From Rhynchobatus australiae (lineage: Eukaryota): 64,000 bases of DNA. The notes under the pieces were generated by a model, which did not search any database, was not told the origin of the DNA, and saw only the letters and a list, made by a program, of their open reading frames with translations. Both the position numbers and the translations under genes were made by a program. Each line of letters begins with the position of its first letter. Position 1 is the stretch's first letter. Below, piece by piece: positions 51,796 through 64,000 of the stretch. The stretch is from positions 28,080,034-28,144,033 of the forward strand of contig JAUZTB010000066.1 in NCBI GenBank assembly GCA_034780895.1. The letters are read 5' to 3'.

Positions 51796-52796
51796 AAAGG
51801 TAATTAAATAATAAATGTACAAAATGAAACACTGTAAACCTAGGAATACAGATTCTTGATGTGCAATGGCGTACAAGGACATGAAGAATGTACAAAGTTT
51901 AATGGGAGATTAAAAGAACCAAAAGGAAATATGATGAGACCTTTAAAATTGGGGGGAAAAAATGGAGAATCATGGATATCAAGTTTTAAAAAAATATTTA
52001 AACTGCTAAGGAATAAATTGGCAATTTTAGCTGTTAAAGATTAGACAGCAGAGGTGTCAAAATTTTGAATCAATATTGTTTGACAAAAGAGAATGGATAA
52101 GCAAATTTATGTTTCACAGATTTGAAGAGATGGTTTTTCTGAAAAAAATTGTAGAGAATGTGGAGGAAAGGGCACTGCAGCCACATGGCATGCCACTTGG
52201 CATGCAACCTGGGCTATAGATGGATCTGGTGAGTTTGTAGGGAGCATGAGAAAGATGACTTGGAGGATAGCTAATGTTAGATTTTTAATTGGAGGGAAAG
52301 ATCAGAATTAAAACAACAATAGACATTAGTGTATAGGCAGTTGTCGGAAATCCTAGAATTCATAAACCAAGATTAAAATTAGCAATCATTGAGAAATGCA
52401 TAGATAATCAAGTGTATTTGTTCAGTCATGTTTGAAAAGTTTTTAATTAGTGTCAGAAGTATTTAATAAAAGGGAATCAATGAACATGGTATACACAATC
52501 AAGTTGATTCATAAAAAGGAAATAGGGTGTTAATATTCCCCAGACAAGCAGCTCTAAAGGTGTTGTCTCCAGGATAAAGGCTTGGACCTTTGACTTGACC
52601 AAAAACTGATGACTAAAGTACAATAAAACTCTGATAATCTGCTATCTGATTGTTTAGGATGATTTGGAATCTGGCACATTGGGTGCCGTTTCCTAAATAC
52701 CCTTTAAATTCATCTGGGCCACCTTTCTCCTGTTCACTCAAAACTCACTGGATCCCAATTTCCTGTGGAAATTCACCTGAGTCCTGTTTCCAATAC

Positions 52797-53514
52797 TGTT
52801 ACGGACTAGGTTATTATTAGTGAAGGTCCCTTTAGGATTGTGTGTGTGTGGTGTGCTTACGTCAATAGAAGATAAAGAATGTCATGACGTTGTTGGAACA
52901 GCCAGTCGGAGTCAGTCTGAAGGAGAGAGAGACAGTAGCCTGCTTGTTTTCTCTGTCGATGGATGAGAAACGACAACTGTGACTGTCACTGTAACCCACG
53001 TATGGATTGTTGAGAGTAATTTGGTGGAGTTCACTTTGTCAGTAACCTGTGGAGGAAAACAGGTATTTAGGGTGGATGGCCACGTTATGGATGCTCCAGG
53101 GTGTGGCAGACACGTCGAAATGAAGAAGTGGAGTTCACTTGGTTGTTGACCTGCAGAAGAGAACTGGTATTTGGGTGGACGGCCATGATACTCTCTATTT
53201 TCTCTCTACATCTACGGTTTATCTCCAGACGACGGTGGTTGTTGAAGAAGCCTCTACTTATGTTTCACCTTATGGCTTGCTGAACTGAACTTTAAGAACC
53301 ATTCCTGGAGGTGGAGTTTGGGAATTTGCCACACACACACGACAAGTTTAGTTAGTTTTTGGGGTTAAAGTCCGAGGTTTAACATTTTTACTTCTAACAC
53401 TTTAACATTTTTACTTTTATTTTTCTTATTATCATAAGTAGCTATTAATAAAGTAGTTTTTAACACTTATACATGTCTTGGGGTGTTTCTTTTGTTGCTG
53501 GAGGGTTCGTAACA
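52797..53514 (+). mobile_element. Solo LTR (probably Gypsy/Ty3 or BEL type), about 718 bp
   Basis: Terminal inverted repeats TGTTACG..CGTAACA, AATAAA at 53447-53452, an internal ~60-bp duplication, and a second copy of its 3' end at 43513-43558. No clear target-site duplication. Confidence 0.75.
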
Positions 53515-54064
53515 AATTAACAGGGGGCCTGACACAGACTTTTAAATCTTCACTGACTATGTGTGAGGAGCCCCCTAGCCAAGTTGGATGATGACCCCCG
53601 GGTTAAATTCATCGCTATGCCGCTGACATTTTCATGCCATCAGTCCCCACAGAAAAAGATGGCACGAGTTACGCTGCACATTTTTTTTTCTCTCCAACGA
53701 GAACAGAAACCACATCCTTCACGATTACCTCACAAAAAAATTGGGAATACTTTTTGAGGGATTCAGGAATGAGGTGCTAATTGAAGGGACAGCGTGGTCA
53801 CTTTGACAAGACTCAGATCATTAGGCACTCGTGCACAGAGGACATTGAGGGATACGGGCACCAGGCAGGAACATACACAAGATGGAGAATCAGCCATGAT
53901 AATGAATGGCAGACCTTATGTGAGGGGTCTCCCCCTGCTTCTGTTCATTAAGCTTAAGATTAATTTTTCAAGGATTGGAAGACCACATCACTCCTTTCCA
54001 GCCCTAGTGTGCATTCCTAGTGTGCTTCATTTCCCTTGAAGGCCAACGGATCTCCCATGCAACA

Positions 54065-54500
54065 TTATTTTACTTCATTCATCTATCGGGATCTGGACGT
54101 CACTGCAGAGGCCAGAATTCATTTGCCCTTGAGACGGTGGCGGTGAGCCACTTTCTTGAATTGCCGCAGTTCTTCTGGTGATGGCCTTCTCACAGTGCTG
54201 CTCATATTAAGCTCAGGGTTTAGACCAGATGTTGATGAAGGACCAGCGATAGAACTCCAAGCCTGTATGGTATGAAACTTGGAGGGGAACCTGGAGGTGG
54301 TGGTGTTCCCCTTCACCTGCTGCCCTTGTTCTTCTTGCCAGTAGAGCTGACAGTATTGAGAGATGCTGTCGGAGTAGTCTCTGGGGACCAGGAGGGTGGT
54401 ATTTGCCACTTATCACTGACTCATACAGTGATACCAAAAAGTATTGATCCACAGCAGGAGACATATCAATGAGCATTGTACAGCTATGATGGATCACCAC
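54065..54500 (-). mobile_element. L2/CR1-group LINE 3' end
   Basis: Minus ORF 54119..54409 reads GNTTTSRFPSKFHTIQAW..LRQFKKVAHRHRLKG. Confidence 0.7.
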
Positions 54501-55074
54501 TTCTGAAGCCTATTTACAACTTCAGTGTGAGGGGGAGCTAAATACNNNNNNNNNNNNNNNNNNNNNNNNNNNNNNNNNNNNNNNNNNNNNNNNNNNNNNN
54601 NNNNNNNNNNNNNNNNNNNNNNNNNNNNNNNNNNNNNNNNNNNNNGACCAAAGAGATGGTCAAATGTTGACTTTAAAGATCATATTAAGAGAAAGCTATC
54701 AGGTGTAGAGCTCAAATAAGAAAAATCTGTGTAAGGCCAAGAAAAATGAAAATTAAGTATTAGATGAACGCAAAATGCATTGAATCATTTGTTCTAAAAG
54801 ACATTAATGCATTGCCTTGCATCTATCCATGTTTCACGTAAAACTGTTGGAGACATTTTTAACCTTTCAAAGGGACAACTATTTAAAACTTTACTTTCTT
54901 TGCATAATAGAGTTAATAGCATGAGTTTCATTTTCTTTAAATTGCTATCAATGCTAAATACTGAGAACACTGGTATCTGAGCTGTTTCAAACAAGAACAA
55001 TCTCCATTGGAATTGCACACTGACTGCAAAATGGGGCCAAGAAAAGCTAAGTAGTTACTAATTGTGCAGAAACT

Positions 55075-55392
55075 GCATTGGAGGATGAAGTTATAAGGGG
55101 GATGTCAGGGGTAAGTTTTTTTTTACACAGTGGTGGGTGCGTGGAACACACTGCTGNNNNNNNNNNNNNNNNNNNNNNNNNNNNNNNNNNNNNNNNNNNN
55201 NNNNNNNNNNNNNNNNNNNNNNNNNNNNNNNNNNNNNNNNNNNNNNNNNNNNNNNNCTTGGGTAGACATATGAATGATAGAAAAATAAGGGGCTATGTGG
55301 GAGGGAAGGGTTAGATGGACCTTAAAGCAGGATAAAATATCAGCACAACATTGTGGGCCGAAGGGCCTGTACTGTGCTGTAGTGTTCTATGA
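55075..55392 (+). mobile_element. CR1 3' end
   Basis: GGGTAAGTTTTTTTTACACAG..GGGCCGAAGGGCCTGTACTGTGCTGTAGTGTTCTATG. Confidence 0.8.
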
Positions 55393-55599
55393 TCTAGAAA
55401 ACAGTTACTCCCATTGAAATGAAACAGTAAACTTAAGGAGTCACGGAGCTCTTTTAACTTGTACCACGAGGAACCTGATATTCCACAAGAGTATGCATCA
55501 CAATTGTCAAAATGATCATAATTTACAGTATCTACTGTAAATTTAAGAAAAACAACCTCATACAAATGTTCATGGATTTTTATTTTTTCTTGTAAAAGT

Positions 55600-57655
55600 G
55601 TGAAACTGTGTGTAATAGTAAAGTCGTACAGTGCTGATCTGAGGAAATAGATGAGCTTCTATGTAACTGCTTTAAGTTGGTATACTGGTCTGTATTCAAA
55701 GACTCAGCAGTCAACTCAAGTTGCCATCAACATTATGGACTTGATCAGCAAATATATAGAATACTGTGTACCAAGGAGATCAGTCTGGGTTTTCCTAAAG
55801 CAGGAGTCGTGGATAAACCAGAAGATCCACTCCCTACTGAAGTCCAGAACTGCAGTGTTCAAATTGGGTAACCGAGACCTATACAAGAAATCAAGGTACA
55901 ACCTTCGTTAAGTTATCAGGGATGCCAAGAGACAATACCAGTCCAAAATAGAGTCCCAGACCAGTTGTCAGTTGTGGGATGCCTTACATTCTTACAATAG
56001 GCTACAAAACTAAGTTGGGGAGCATTGCTAATAGCAGCACATCCCTTCCTGATGAGCTTAATGCATTCGATGCACGTTTTGAACAGAAGGGGAATGGAAG
56101 GTCACCAGCCGCCCTAACAGCTTCAATGCACATGTACCCACAGTCATTGTTGAAGACTGATCAGTCTTCAGGAGAGTGAACTGGCAGAAAGCATCTGGCC
56201 TAGATAGAGTCCCCATCTGTCTCCTTAGATCCTGCACAGAACTATTTGCAGAGATTTTTAACCTCATCCCTACCTAATCTGAGGTCCCCACCTGCTTTAA
56301 GAAGCCCACCATCATCCCACTATCTAAGAAAAATAAGGTAATGTGCCTTAATGACTACTGCTGAGTGGTACTGATGTCAACTGTTATGAATTGCTTTGAG
56401 AGGTTGTTCATGGCACACCAACTCCAGCCTCCAAGATAACTTTTGACACACTGCAATTTGCCTACCACTGAAACAGATGCACAGAGGATGCTATCTCCCT
56501 GGCCCTACATTCATCTCTGGAGCATCTGCAGAGTAAAGACATCTATGTTAGACTGTTGTTTATTGACCACAGCTCTACTTTCAATACTATAATCCCAAGC
56601 AAACTCATCTCCAAACTCCTAGACCTGGGAATCAACACCTCTTTGCAGCTAGATCCTTGACTTCCTGACAAACAGACAGCAATCAGTAAGGAAAGATGGC
56701 AACACCTCTGCCCTGATTATGTTCAAAACTGGTGCCTGACAAGGCTGCATACTTAGCCCCTTACTTTACTCCTTACATACTGGATGGTGTGGCCAGATAT
56801 TGCTATAAATCCATCTTCCAGTTTGCAGATGACACCACCATGGTGGGCCGAATCTCTANNNNNNNNNNNNNNNNNNNNNNNNNNNNNNNNNNNNNNNNNN
56901 NNNNNNNNNNNNNNNNNNNNNNNNNNNNNNNNNNNNNNNNNNNNNNNNNNNNNNNNNNNNNNNNNNNNNNNNNNNNNNNNNNNNNNNNNNNNNNNNCTTC
57001 CTAGGAGTGAACAGCAATAGGCTGACCTGGTCCTATCATGTAGATGCCATAGCTAAGGGAGTGCACCAGCACTTCTACTTCCTCAGGAGGCTAAAGGAAT
57101 TTGCCGTGTCCCCTTTTGACATTCACCAATTTTATAGATGCACTAGAGAAAGCATCCCATCTGGATGCAACATGGCTTGGTATGGCAACTGCTCTGCCTG
57201 TGACCGCAAGAAACTGCAGAGAATTGTGGCCGCAGCTCAGCACATCATCATAAGCAGCCTCCCCTCATGGATTCCTCGCTGCCTCAATTTTAAGTAGCCA
57301 ACGTAATCAAAGACCCCATCCACCCCGGACATTCTCCTCCCCATCAGGCAGAAGATACAAAAGCCTGAAAGTACATACCTGAAAGCATGTCAGCTTCTGT
57401 CCTGTTTTAAGACTTCAATGATTCTCCTAATATGATAAGATGGACTCTTGACCTCACAATATACCTCATTATGGCCTTGCACCTTATTGATCTGCCTGCG
57501 CTGCACTTTCTCTGTAACTAACATTTTATTCTGCATTATTGTTTTTCCTTGTACAACCTCAATATATTGATGTGATGAAATGAACTGTATGTATGGCATG
57601 CAAAACAAACTTTTTGACTGTACCTCGGTATGTGTGACAATAATAAACCAATTTA
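55600..57655 (+). mobile_element. Rex1/Babar LINE, about 2 kb, frameshifted RT
   Basis: [62 protein letters not shown] and AWYGNCSACDRKKLQR, then a CAATAATAAACCAATT tail. Confidence 0.92.
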
Positions 57656-57789
57656 CATAAATACAGGCAGGAGAAGGTTGTTTTGGCTTCTTGTGTTTTG
57701 CTGTTTAATTAGATTTTGGATGATCTATTCATCTCACTAACCCCTTATCTCCTGATTATGTAACTATTAAAAATTCCTGACTAGAACAT

Positions 57790-59070
57790 GGTGTCTGAGT
57801 TGCCAATGTCCTTCTATATCGCCAGTCCCAAATATTCATTACTGTGCCAGTGAAGAAATTTCATCTTTGTTTTGAATGACTTGCTTGTGGTTGAGGTCAC
57901 TAACCAGTGAAAAAATCTATGCTGTTGGACCANNNNNNNNNNNNNNNNNNNNNNNNNNNNNNNNNNNNNNNNNNNNNNNNNNNNNNNNNNNNNNNNNNNN
58001 NNNNNNNNNNNNNNNNNNNNNNNNNNNNNNNNAACCAGTGAAAAAATCTATGCGGTTGGACCATGCAAGAATTGTGTATGCTTCAGTGAGATCAGCTGCT
58101 CATTCTTCTAAACTCAAGGGTTTAGGGGAGTCTCTTGGCTTTCCTTGTACAAAAACTGGCCACTCCAGGAATCAATCTGGTTAACATTTACTGCACTCCC
58201 TGACATCATTGGTAAGTGGGACAGTTCTGTACACTGTCTATTAGCTGTGGTCTCATTAGTGCCCTATATAATTGGAATATGATAGCTCTACTCTTCCACT
58301 CAAATCCTCGTGCAATGAAAACTAATGTACCAATGACTTCCTAATTACTTACTTTGCGTGCATGTTAACTTTGTGATTTGTTTACAAAGATGCCCAGATC
58401 TTTATGAACACAAGTACCTTTCAGCCACTTAGTACTTAAAAAGAATATTCCACCTTTCTATTTTTTTTCACCAAGTGGATAATCTTATTTTTCCCATATT
58501 ACATTCCACCTGTGATCTCCCTTTATCCATTCACTGAAGCTGACTTATATCTTCCCTGAAGTGTCACTTGCATCCTCTTTAAAACTCGTCCTGTCACAGA
58601 GCCTTGTATCATCAGCAAATTAAGTTGTTATTCCATGGATATGGAAGCTATCGGGGCTCCCCACTGCTCAGAGCCTCCGAAATGAAACAAAATGGACCTG
58701 CTTTTTTTCCTGTTTGTTCTATTTAATGTATTTATTCCTGTTCATTATTGCTAGTTTGTTAACCAATTTGGATCCAAGCTAAATTTATAACACCTCAATC
58801 CCATGTGCTCTAATTTTGTTTACTGTTTGGTATGTTAACATATTGAAGTCCTTCTGAAAGTTCAAATATACATCAGCTGGTCTGATCTACTAGTAGCAAT
58901 TTCATTAAAGCTCTTAACAGATTTGTGACATTCTTCTCTCTTGTAAATACATTTTGATTAACAAATGCTGTTAATTTTTTAAGTGCCCTATTATCAATTC
59001 CTTAATAATTAGATTCTAGATTTTCTCTGTTGCTGATTTTTGAATTGGTCTGGAGTTACCTGTTTCTCCC
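57790..59070 (-). mobile_element. Old CR1 ORF2 fragment(s)
   Basis: CCAGGAATCAATCTGG, CCTTGTATCATCAGCAAAT (minus KFADDT-like) and AAGTCCTTCTGAAAGTTCAAATA (minus YLNFQKDF). Confidence 0.65.
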
Positions 59071-60984
59071 TCTCCCTCCCATGTTAAATCGTGGTGTTCA
59101 AAGCTAACAAGTTACTGTAGATATTTTACATAGTATTATATAGTGTATTCTTTTTGTTCCTATAGTTGAGATTTTTGTCTTACTTGAATTATAATTTGAG
59201 GCTTTAGCCAAAATGCTGTCAGGACACTGAATATGTGTACAGGTATTCTCTGGGTTGAAGCAATTTAAAATTCATGGAGCAAACAACTGGCACCTGTTTT
59301 GAAACCTTTTCAAAAGTATGGTTAGAGCTTAGAATGTGTTGAATGAAGAATTTCAATTCTAAATTAACATGCCTGTGGAACAAAAAAATCCAAAGCAGGT
59401 AGAGATTATTTTCACATTGCCAGCTATTAAAATACTCAAGTTAGACAGCATATGTATATAATCAGTGCATAATCATGGCCGTTGTATATTTCAACTTGTC
59501 TGAAACCGATGAACCCCTCAATTTCAAATTAAATCCTTCATTTTGCCAATCCATTACCATCTCAATATACATTTTACTTCAGTCCATTGCCTTTGTTTCA
59601 AATATCACTATTTCTCTATCTTACTCTGCTAATGAATCTCTTTAAACCTATCTTATAGCCAATATCCTTTGATTTTCTGTTTCTAGCTTCTTGTACACTT
59701 GTCCAAACTCTCTTCCACCATAAGTTATAATGTCGACAGTTATCTTGGTATAAAATATTTGAACTACCCCCTAAATTCCTTCACTCTGTTTTTTCCCTGT
59801 TTTTGAAAAATCTCCAGAACTGCAGATCTGTGAACAAATTTTTAGTCATTGATTTGCATTACTGTATTGCTGCTCAGCATCAGTTTCTCTTCTGTGCAAA
59901 ATACCTTGGTGCATTATATATAGAGGCTTTATTGGATAGATAACTATGCAAATATTGTAGCTGATATGTTCCATTCCCCTGATTATAATTTGCAATGGCA
60001 GTAAATTAAGACTGCAATGATAACAATAATTATAAGTAACCAAATGAACAAACACAAAATTAGGCTTTTGATCTTTACAAGTCATCATAGGACAATTACA
60101 CCATTGATGCTAATTGAAACATTGCAATTATATCAAAGCAGCAGGATGGAAGGTCATGATTCTACAATATTCTGAAAACTCTGAACTAGCCTAATGTCCT
60201 GTAGTATTGGCATACTGCAAAAAGCTGAAGATATTGCATTCAACTGCATGCAATCTTAAGATGAATGTACATTTTCTTGTAATTAATGATTTGGTTTACT
60301 TTTCACTAGGTTTTCAGCAAAAGTTAATAGTAGGAAAGATTTTTAATTTTTCACTTGAATTCTGGACTATATTCAAAAATACAATAATAAATTTTGTATT
60401 TCCAAACATGGACTCTGTTTCTGTATTTTAAATTAGNNNNNNNNNNNNNNNNNNNNNNNNNNNNNNNNNNNNNNNNNNNNNNNNNNNNNNNNNNNNNNNN
60501 NNNNNNNNNNNNNNNNNNNNNNNNNNNNNNNNNNNNGGAAGCTCAATTTTTAACTTTATTAATATTTTGCACTTTTAATGTAGAGAAGTACATTGTATCT
60601 CATACCACTTCATAGGGCAATATTCTAAAGAGAAAAGATTATGGGTGACTGAACACTTAGTTTGAGGTAAATTTTTTTTGGATTTTTAAGAAAAAGATTC
60701 TTTTGCAGCATGCATAGCATGGAGATTGAAGTTGAAATACTGAAAACTAGGTTAAGTATTCTGAGTACAGTCTAGCAAACCAATTTTAAAAACAAAACAG
60801 CAGATCACAGATTCTATGGAGAGAAAATCAGAATTTTTCATCGGAACTAGAGAAAATACACAGGTAACTGGTGTTGAGCAAGTACGGAGGCAGGGGAAAA
60901 AGGCAAAGGGAGGAAATGAAGGTTCCACATCAGAGAAGATTAAATGGCAAATGATAAGTTGATTTATCTAGAACCATTATAGTA

Positions 60985-61460
60985 CAGGCCTTTCCCTGAA
61001 CTGACACCCCACCAACAATCATTGGGCCACTGTCTCCCATACCCTCACAGACCTCATCACCTGTGGAGATATTCCCTCCATAACTTCCAACCCCTCACTG
61101 CCTGTTTCTACCTCCTATCCAAGATTCACAAACAAAACTGCCTGCTGGTTCTAGTCCCTCCCAACCTCATCTGTGACACCTTGCACGCTCTTCACCACTT
61201 TGACAGCTTTCAGTTCCCTGGCCCCTAGTGTCTTATTTTCACTATGGATGTCTGGTCCCTATACACTTCTATTCTACATCAGGAAGACCTTGGGGCTCTC
61301 CTTTTCTTTTGGGAACATTTTATGCAGCCCGATGAAGGGCGTCAACCCAAAGTATCAACTGTCCATTTTCCTCCCTCAATGCTGCCTGACCTGCTGAATT
61401 CCTACAGCATCTTGTGTATTGCTCCTGATTCCAGCATCTCTGCAGTCTCTTGTGTCTCCT
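60985..61460 (+). mobile_element. Penelope RT fragment joined directly to a terminal repeat with decayed hammerhead core
   Basis: TACFYLLSKIHK and FTMDVWSLYTSILHQE, then CCGATGAAGGGCGTCAACCCAAAG..GCTGCCTGACCTGCTGAATT..TTCCAGCATCTCTGCAG. Confidence 0.78.
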
Positions 61461-63759
61461 TAGAAAGACTGGTGTTTCTCAAAAACAATGAAAATATTTG
61501 GTACAGAACTCTAATGAATTAAGCAATTAAGCAGAACATTAACCTGGATTTTGTTGTAAAAATGCAGTGTAGCTAATGATGTTTTCCATTAAGAACAATA
61601 AGTTGGCCTACAGCTTCATGCCTGGTAGTAGTTATGTGAAAGACAAATGGTATTCTGAGAGGAGCAGCAATTTATGCTCCATGGAGCCATTGGTATTTCC
61701 TTCAGCAACTCAGGGAACGTGTTAGAGGATAGATTAGCAGAATCATGTAACATGCTGCACATCCCTTACTCTATAATCTACCGCCACATTAGCTGCAGTT
61801 TTGACTTGGATGGCAGCAAGCTAACCTTGCATGACAGGTCTGAGTTCCATTGCAACTGAAGTGGTAATGAGGCACACAACTTCTGTAGTGAAAGCTGTAA
61901 TCTTGACCATTAGATGCAATGGTGAGGTTGGGTCTACAACTGTGTATAGATAGCTGACCACAGTTTCCATGCTAGATAGGATAGGGTCCAAACTCCGCAA
62001 GACCCTACACAGTTGGTGACAGATACCTCTTTGTTCCTTGCACACCAGAGTGGCTGTGGAAGCATACTTACCAAACATTTTCTAAAGTTAGCTTTGTCAA
62101 GATTCTTATTAAAGACCTCTGCAACAAAACTTTATGCAGCTTCTTCTGTTGCATTTGCGTATGTATTATTCTTGCCTCATGTCCTGGCAATAAGGCTGCC
62201 TTACCCAGTGTCTCAGCACACATAAATAAGGGTCTAAACTATTACGTAAATTACACTTGTGTTCACTAACTCAGTAGGTTGATGCTGTGAAATGGAACGA
62301 CTGTTGCCTAGAAAGACTCATTTGTGCACTTACATTATGAGTGATTTGTAAGTGTGAAATTGCACTAGCAATCTGCATTGATTACATTGGGAAAGGCACT
62401 TTAGTCAAGATGTACTATTGTATCTGCTGCTGTACTGGAGTTGGGTGCTTTCCTAAGGACGACATCATTCAGCCCATGCTAGCTTAAATTGGAGGAGGAG
62501 GAAGCAACCTGTAACCTTTGTTGCAAGTCACTATTTGAGAAAGAGCATGTGCTATTTTGCGAATTATTTAGAGAAACTCAGCTGACTTTGGGTAATCTGA
62601 CTGCACAAGGAATTTAGTGGAGACTGCATTTGGATGCTTCAGAATTAATTTCTGCTGTGCCCACCTCTCGGGGTTGGTGAGAGGAGGGGGTAATTTGGTA
62701 TGTACCAATCAGGGTTTTCTACTTTACTAGAGGAGCAAGAGAAAACAAAGTTCAGGAAGTGGAAAGAGCATGACAACTGAGGGAAAGGGAGGTGAAGGAG
62801 ACATGAGCCACCAAAAGCAGCAGCCATTGACAAGTCAAAGAACCTGATGCCATGCTGAGATAGACTGTCTTAATTAGTTGCAGGTTGTTATGAAATCTAA
62901 AGCCATGTGGTTTACAACACGACTCTTTTACTGTTGCAGAATTNNNNNNNNNNNNNNNNNNNNNNNNNNNNNNNNNNNNNNNNNNNNNNNNNNNNNNNNN
63001 NNNNNNNNNNNNNNNNNNNNNNNNNNNNNNNNNNNNNNNNNNNNNNNNNNNNNNNNNNNNNNNNNNNNNNNNNNNNNNNNNNNNNNNNNNNNNNNNNNNN
63101 NNNNNNNNNNNNNNNNNNNNNNNNNNNNNNNNNNNNNNNNNNNNNNNGAGAGAAAACTAACTTAGACTTGTCACTGATTATTGTTCTTAGTTTGGTCTTG
63201 ATCTAGGCCCCTCTATTGCACAAACTGACAATTTGTATTAATCACATTGGCTCTTTCACACCTGTTGCTTATCTCCAGACAAGGGTTAATCCACTTACAA
63301 TAAACACACCTTCCATTACCTGTTTTGTAGATTTTAATTAAATGGTGTACTGAAAATTTGGCTCAATAGATTTGATACTAGGGTCATTTTCAAAAATGAA
63401 ATGGCAGATAATAAAATTGTATGTAATACAAATCTGACTTTCGTAACATTAAATGCTATGCTGAGCCACAGTGGTCAAATACCAATCCTTTAAATTGGAT
63501 ATGACTAAACCACACTGTGACCATTAAATTATGTATGACCAACTTCCTGAGTTCATTTAAGGCTTGGTCTAGCTCCTGTAAATGACTTCAATATTGGGCT
63601 TTCATTTCAATGTTTAGATTTGAATGCTTGCATTTGAGAAGAAGTCCTAGAGGCAGTTACACTTTGAAGCAATCTTACTGAAAGAATTATTGCTTTTATG
63701 CTCCTCAATGGTGTGTTTTAAGAATGGTAAGAGGATGGGCACATTGTTATGAATTCCTT

Positions 63760-63906
63760 ACCAAAACTAAGGCCACATACTGCACAGTCATCCAGAACTT
63801 TCTGTCCTTTATCATGGAGGTCTTAAATGATAGCCAGTGGGAGAGTCTGGACCAGGCCCTGGCCCTGGAGGAGTTAATGAGCACCATCTGTTCCCTAGAG
63901 ACAAAT
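63760..63906 (+). mobile_element. Tx1/L1-clade LINE ORF2 fragment
   Basis: Encodes QNFLSFIMEVLNDSQWESLDQALALEELMSTICSLETN, the pre-RT region of Tx1-like elements. Confidence 0.6.
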
Positions 63907-64000
63907 GCTGTACAATGCTATGCTTCTAACCGGCAGCATGTAAGAATCACGAGGAAAGGCATCATTTACCTTGTTGACAAGCTGCTTGGGGGGGGGGGGG

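Noticed and set aside
53515-53535. AACAGGGGGCCTGAC after the LTR as a tRNA-Pro primer-binding site
   Set aside because: It lacks the TGG start, matches poorly and has no gag/pol sequence downstream.
57902-58062. Near-identical ~30-bp sequence on both sides of a 100-N gap
   Set aside because: Most likely an unmerged contig overlap or haplotype artefact of scaffolding.

Overview
This is eukaryotic, AT-rich, CpG-depleted, heavily gapped (many N runs) vertebrate DNA. Its repeat content is typical of a cartilaginous fish (shark or ray): CR1 LINEs, Rex1/Babar LINEs, L2-like LINE ends, HE1-type V-SINEs, SacSINE1/Deu-domain SINEs, Penelope-like elements, Tigger and hAT MITEs, a Tx1 fragment and a solo LTR. 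I found no intact host protein-coding gene, RNA gene or CRISPR array; the longer ORFs are N-run artefacts or decayed transposon frames. A CpG-rich first kilobase followed by a T/G-rich + strand suggests a long intron of a + strand gene whose promoter lies just upstream of the window. The most notable observations are nested transposon insertions, several relic hammerhead-ribozyme motifs in Penelope terminal repeats, a CR1 whose RT is replaced by a Penelope fragment, a CpG-retaining solo LTR and an exact 29-bp direct repeat. I cannot support a claim of a wholly new biological system. Family calls are by eye from recalled consensus motifs, and repeat boundaries are approximate (tens of bp).
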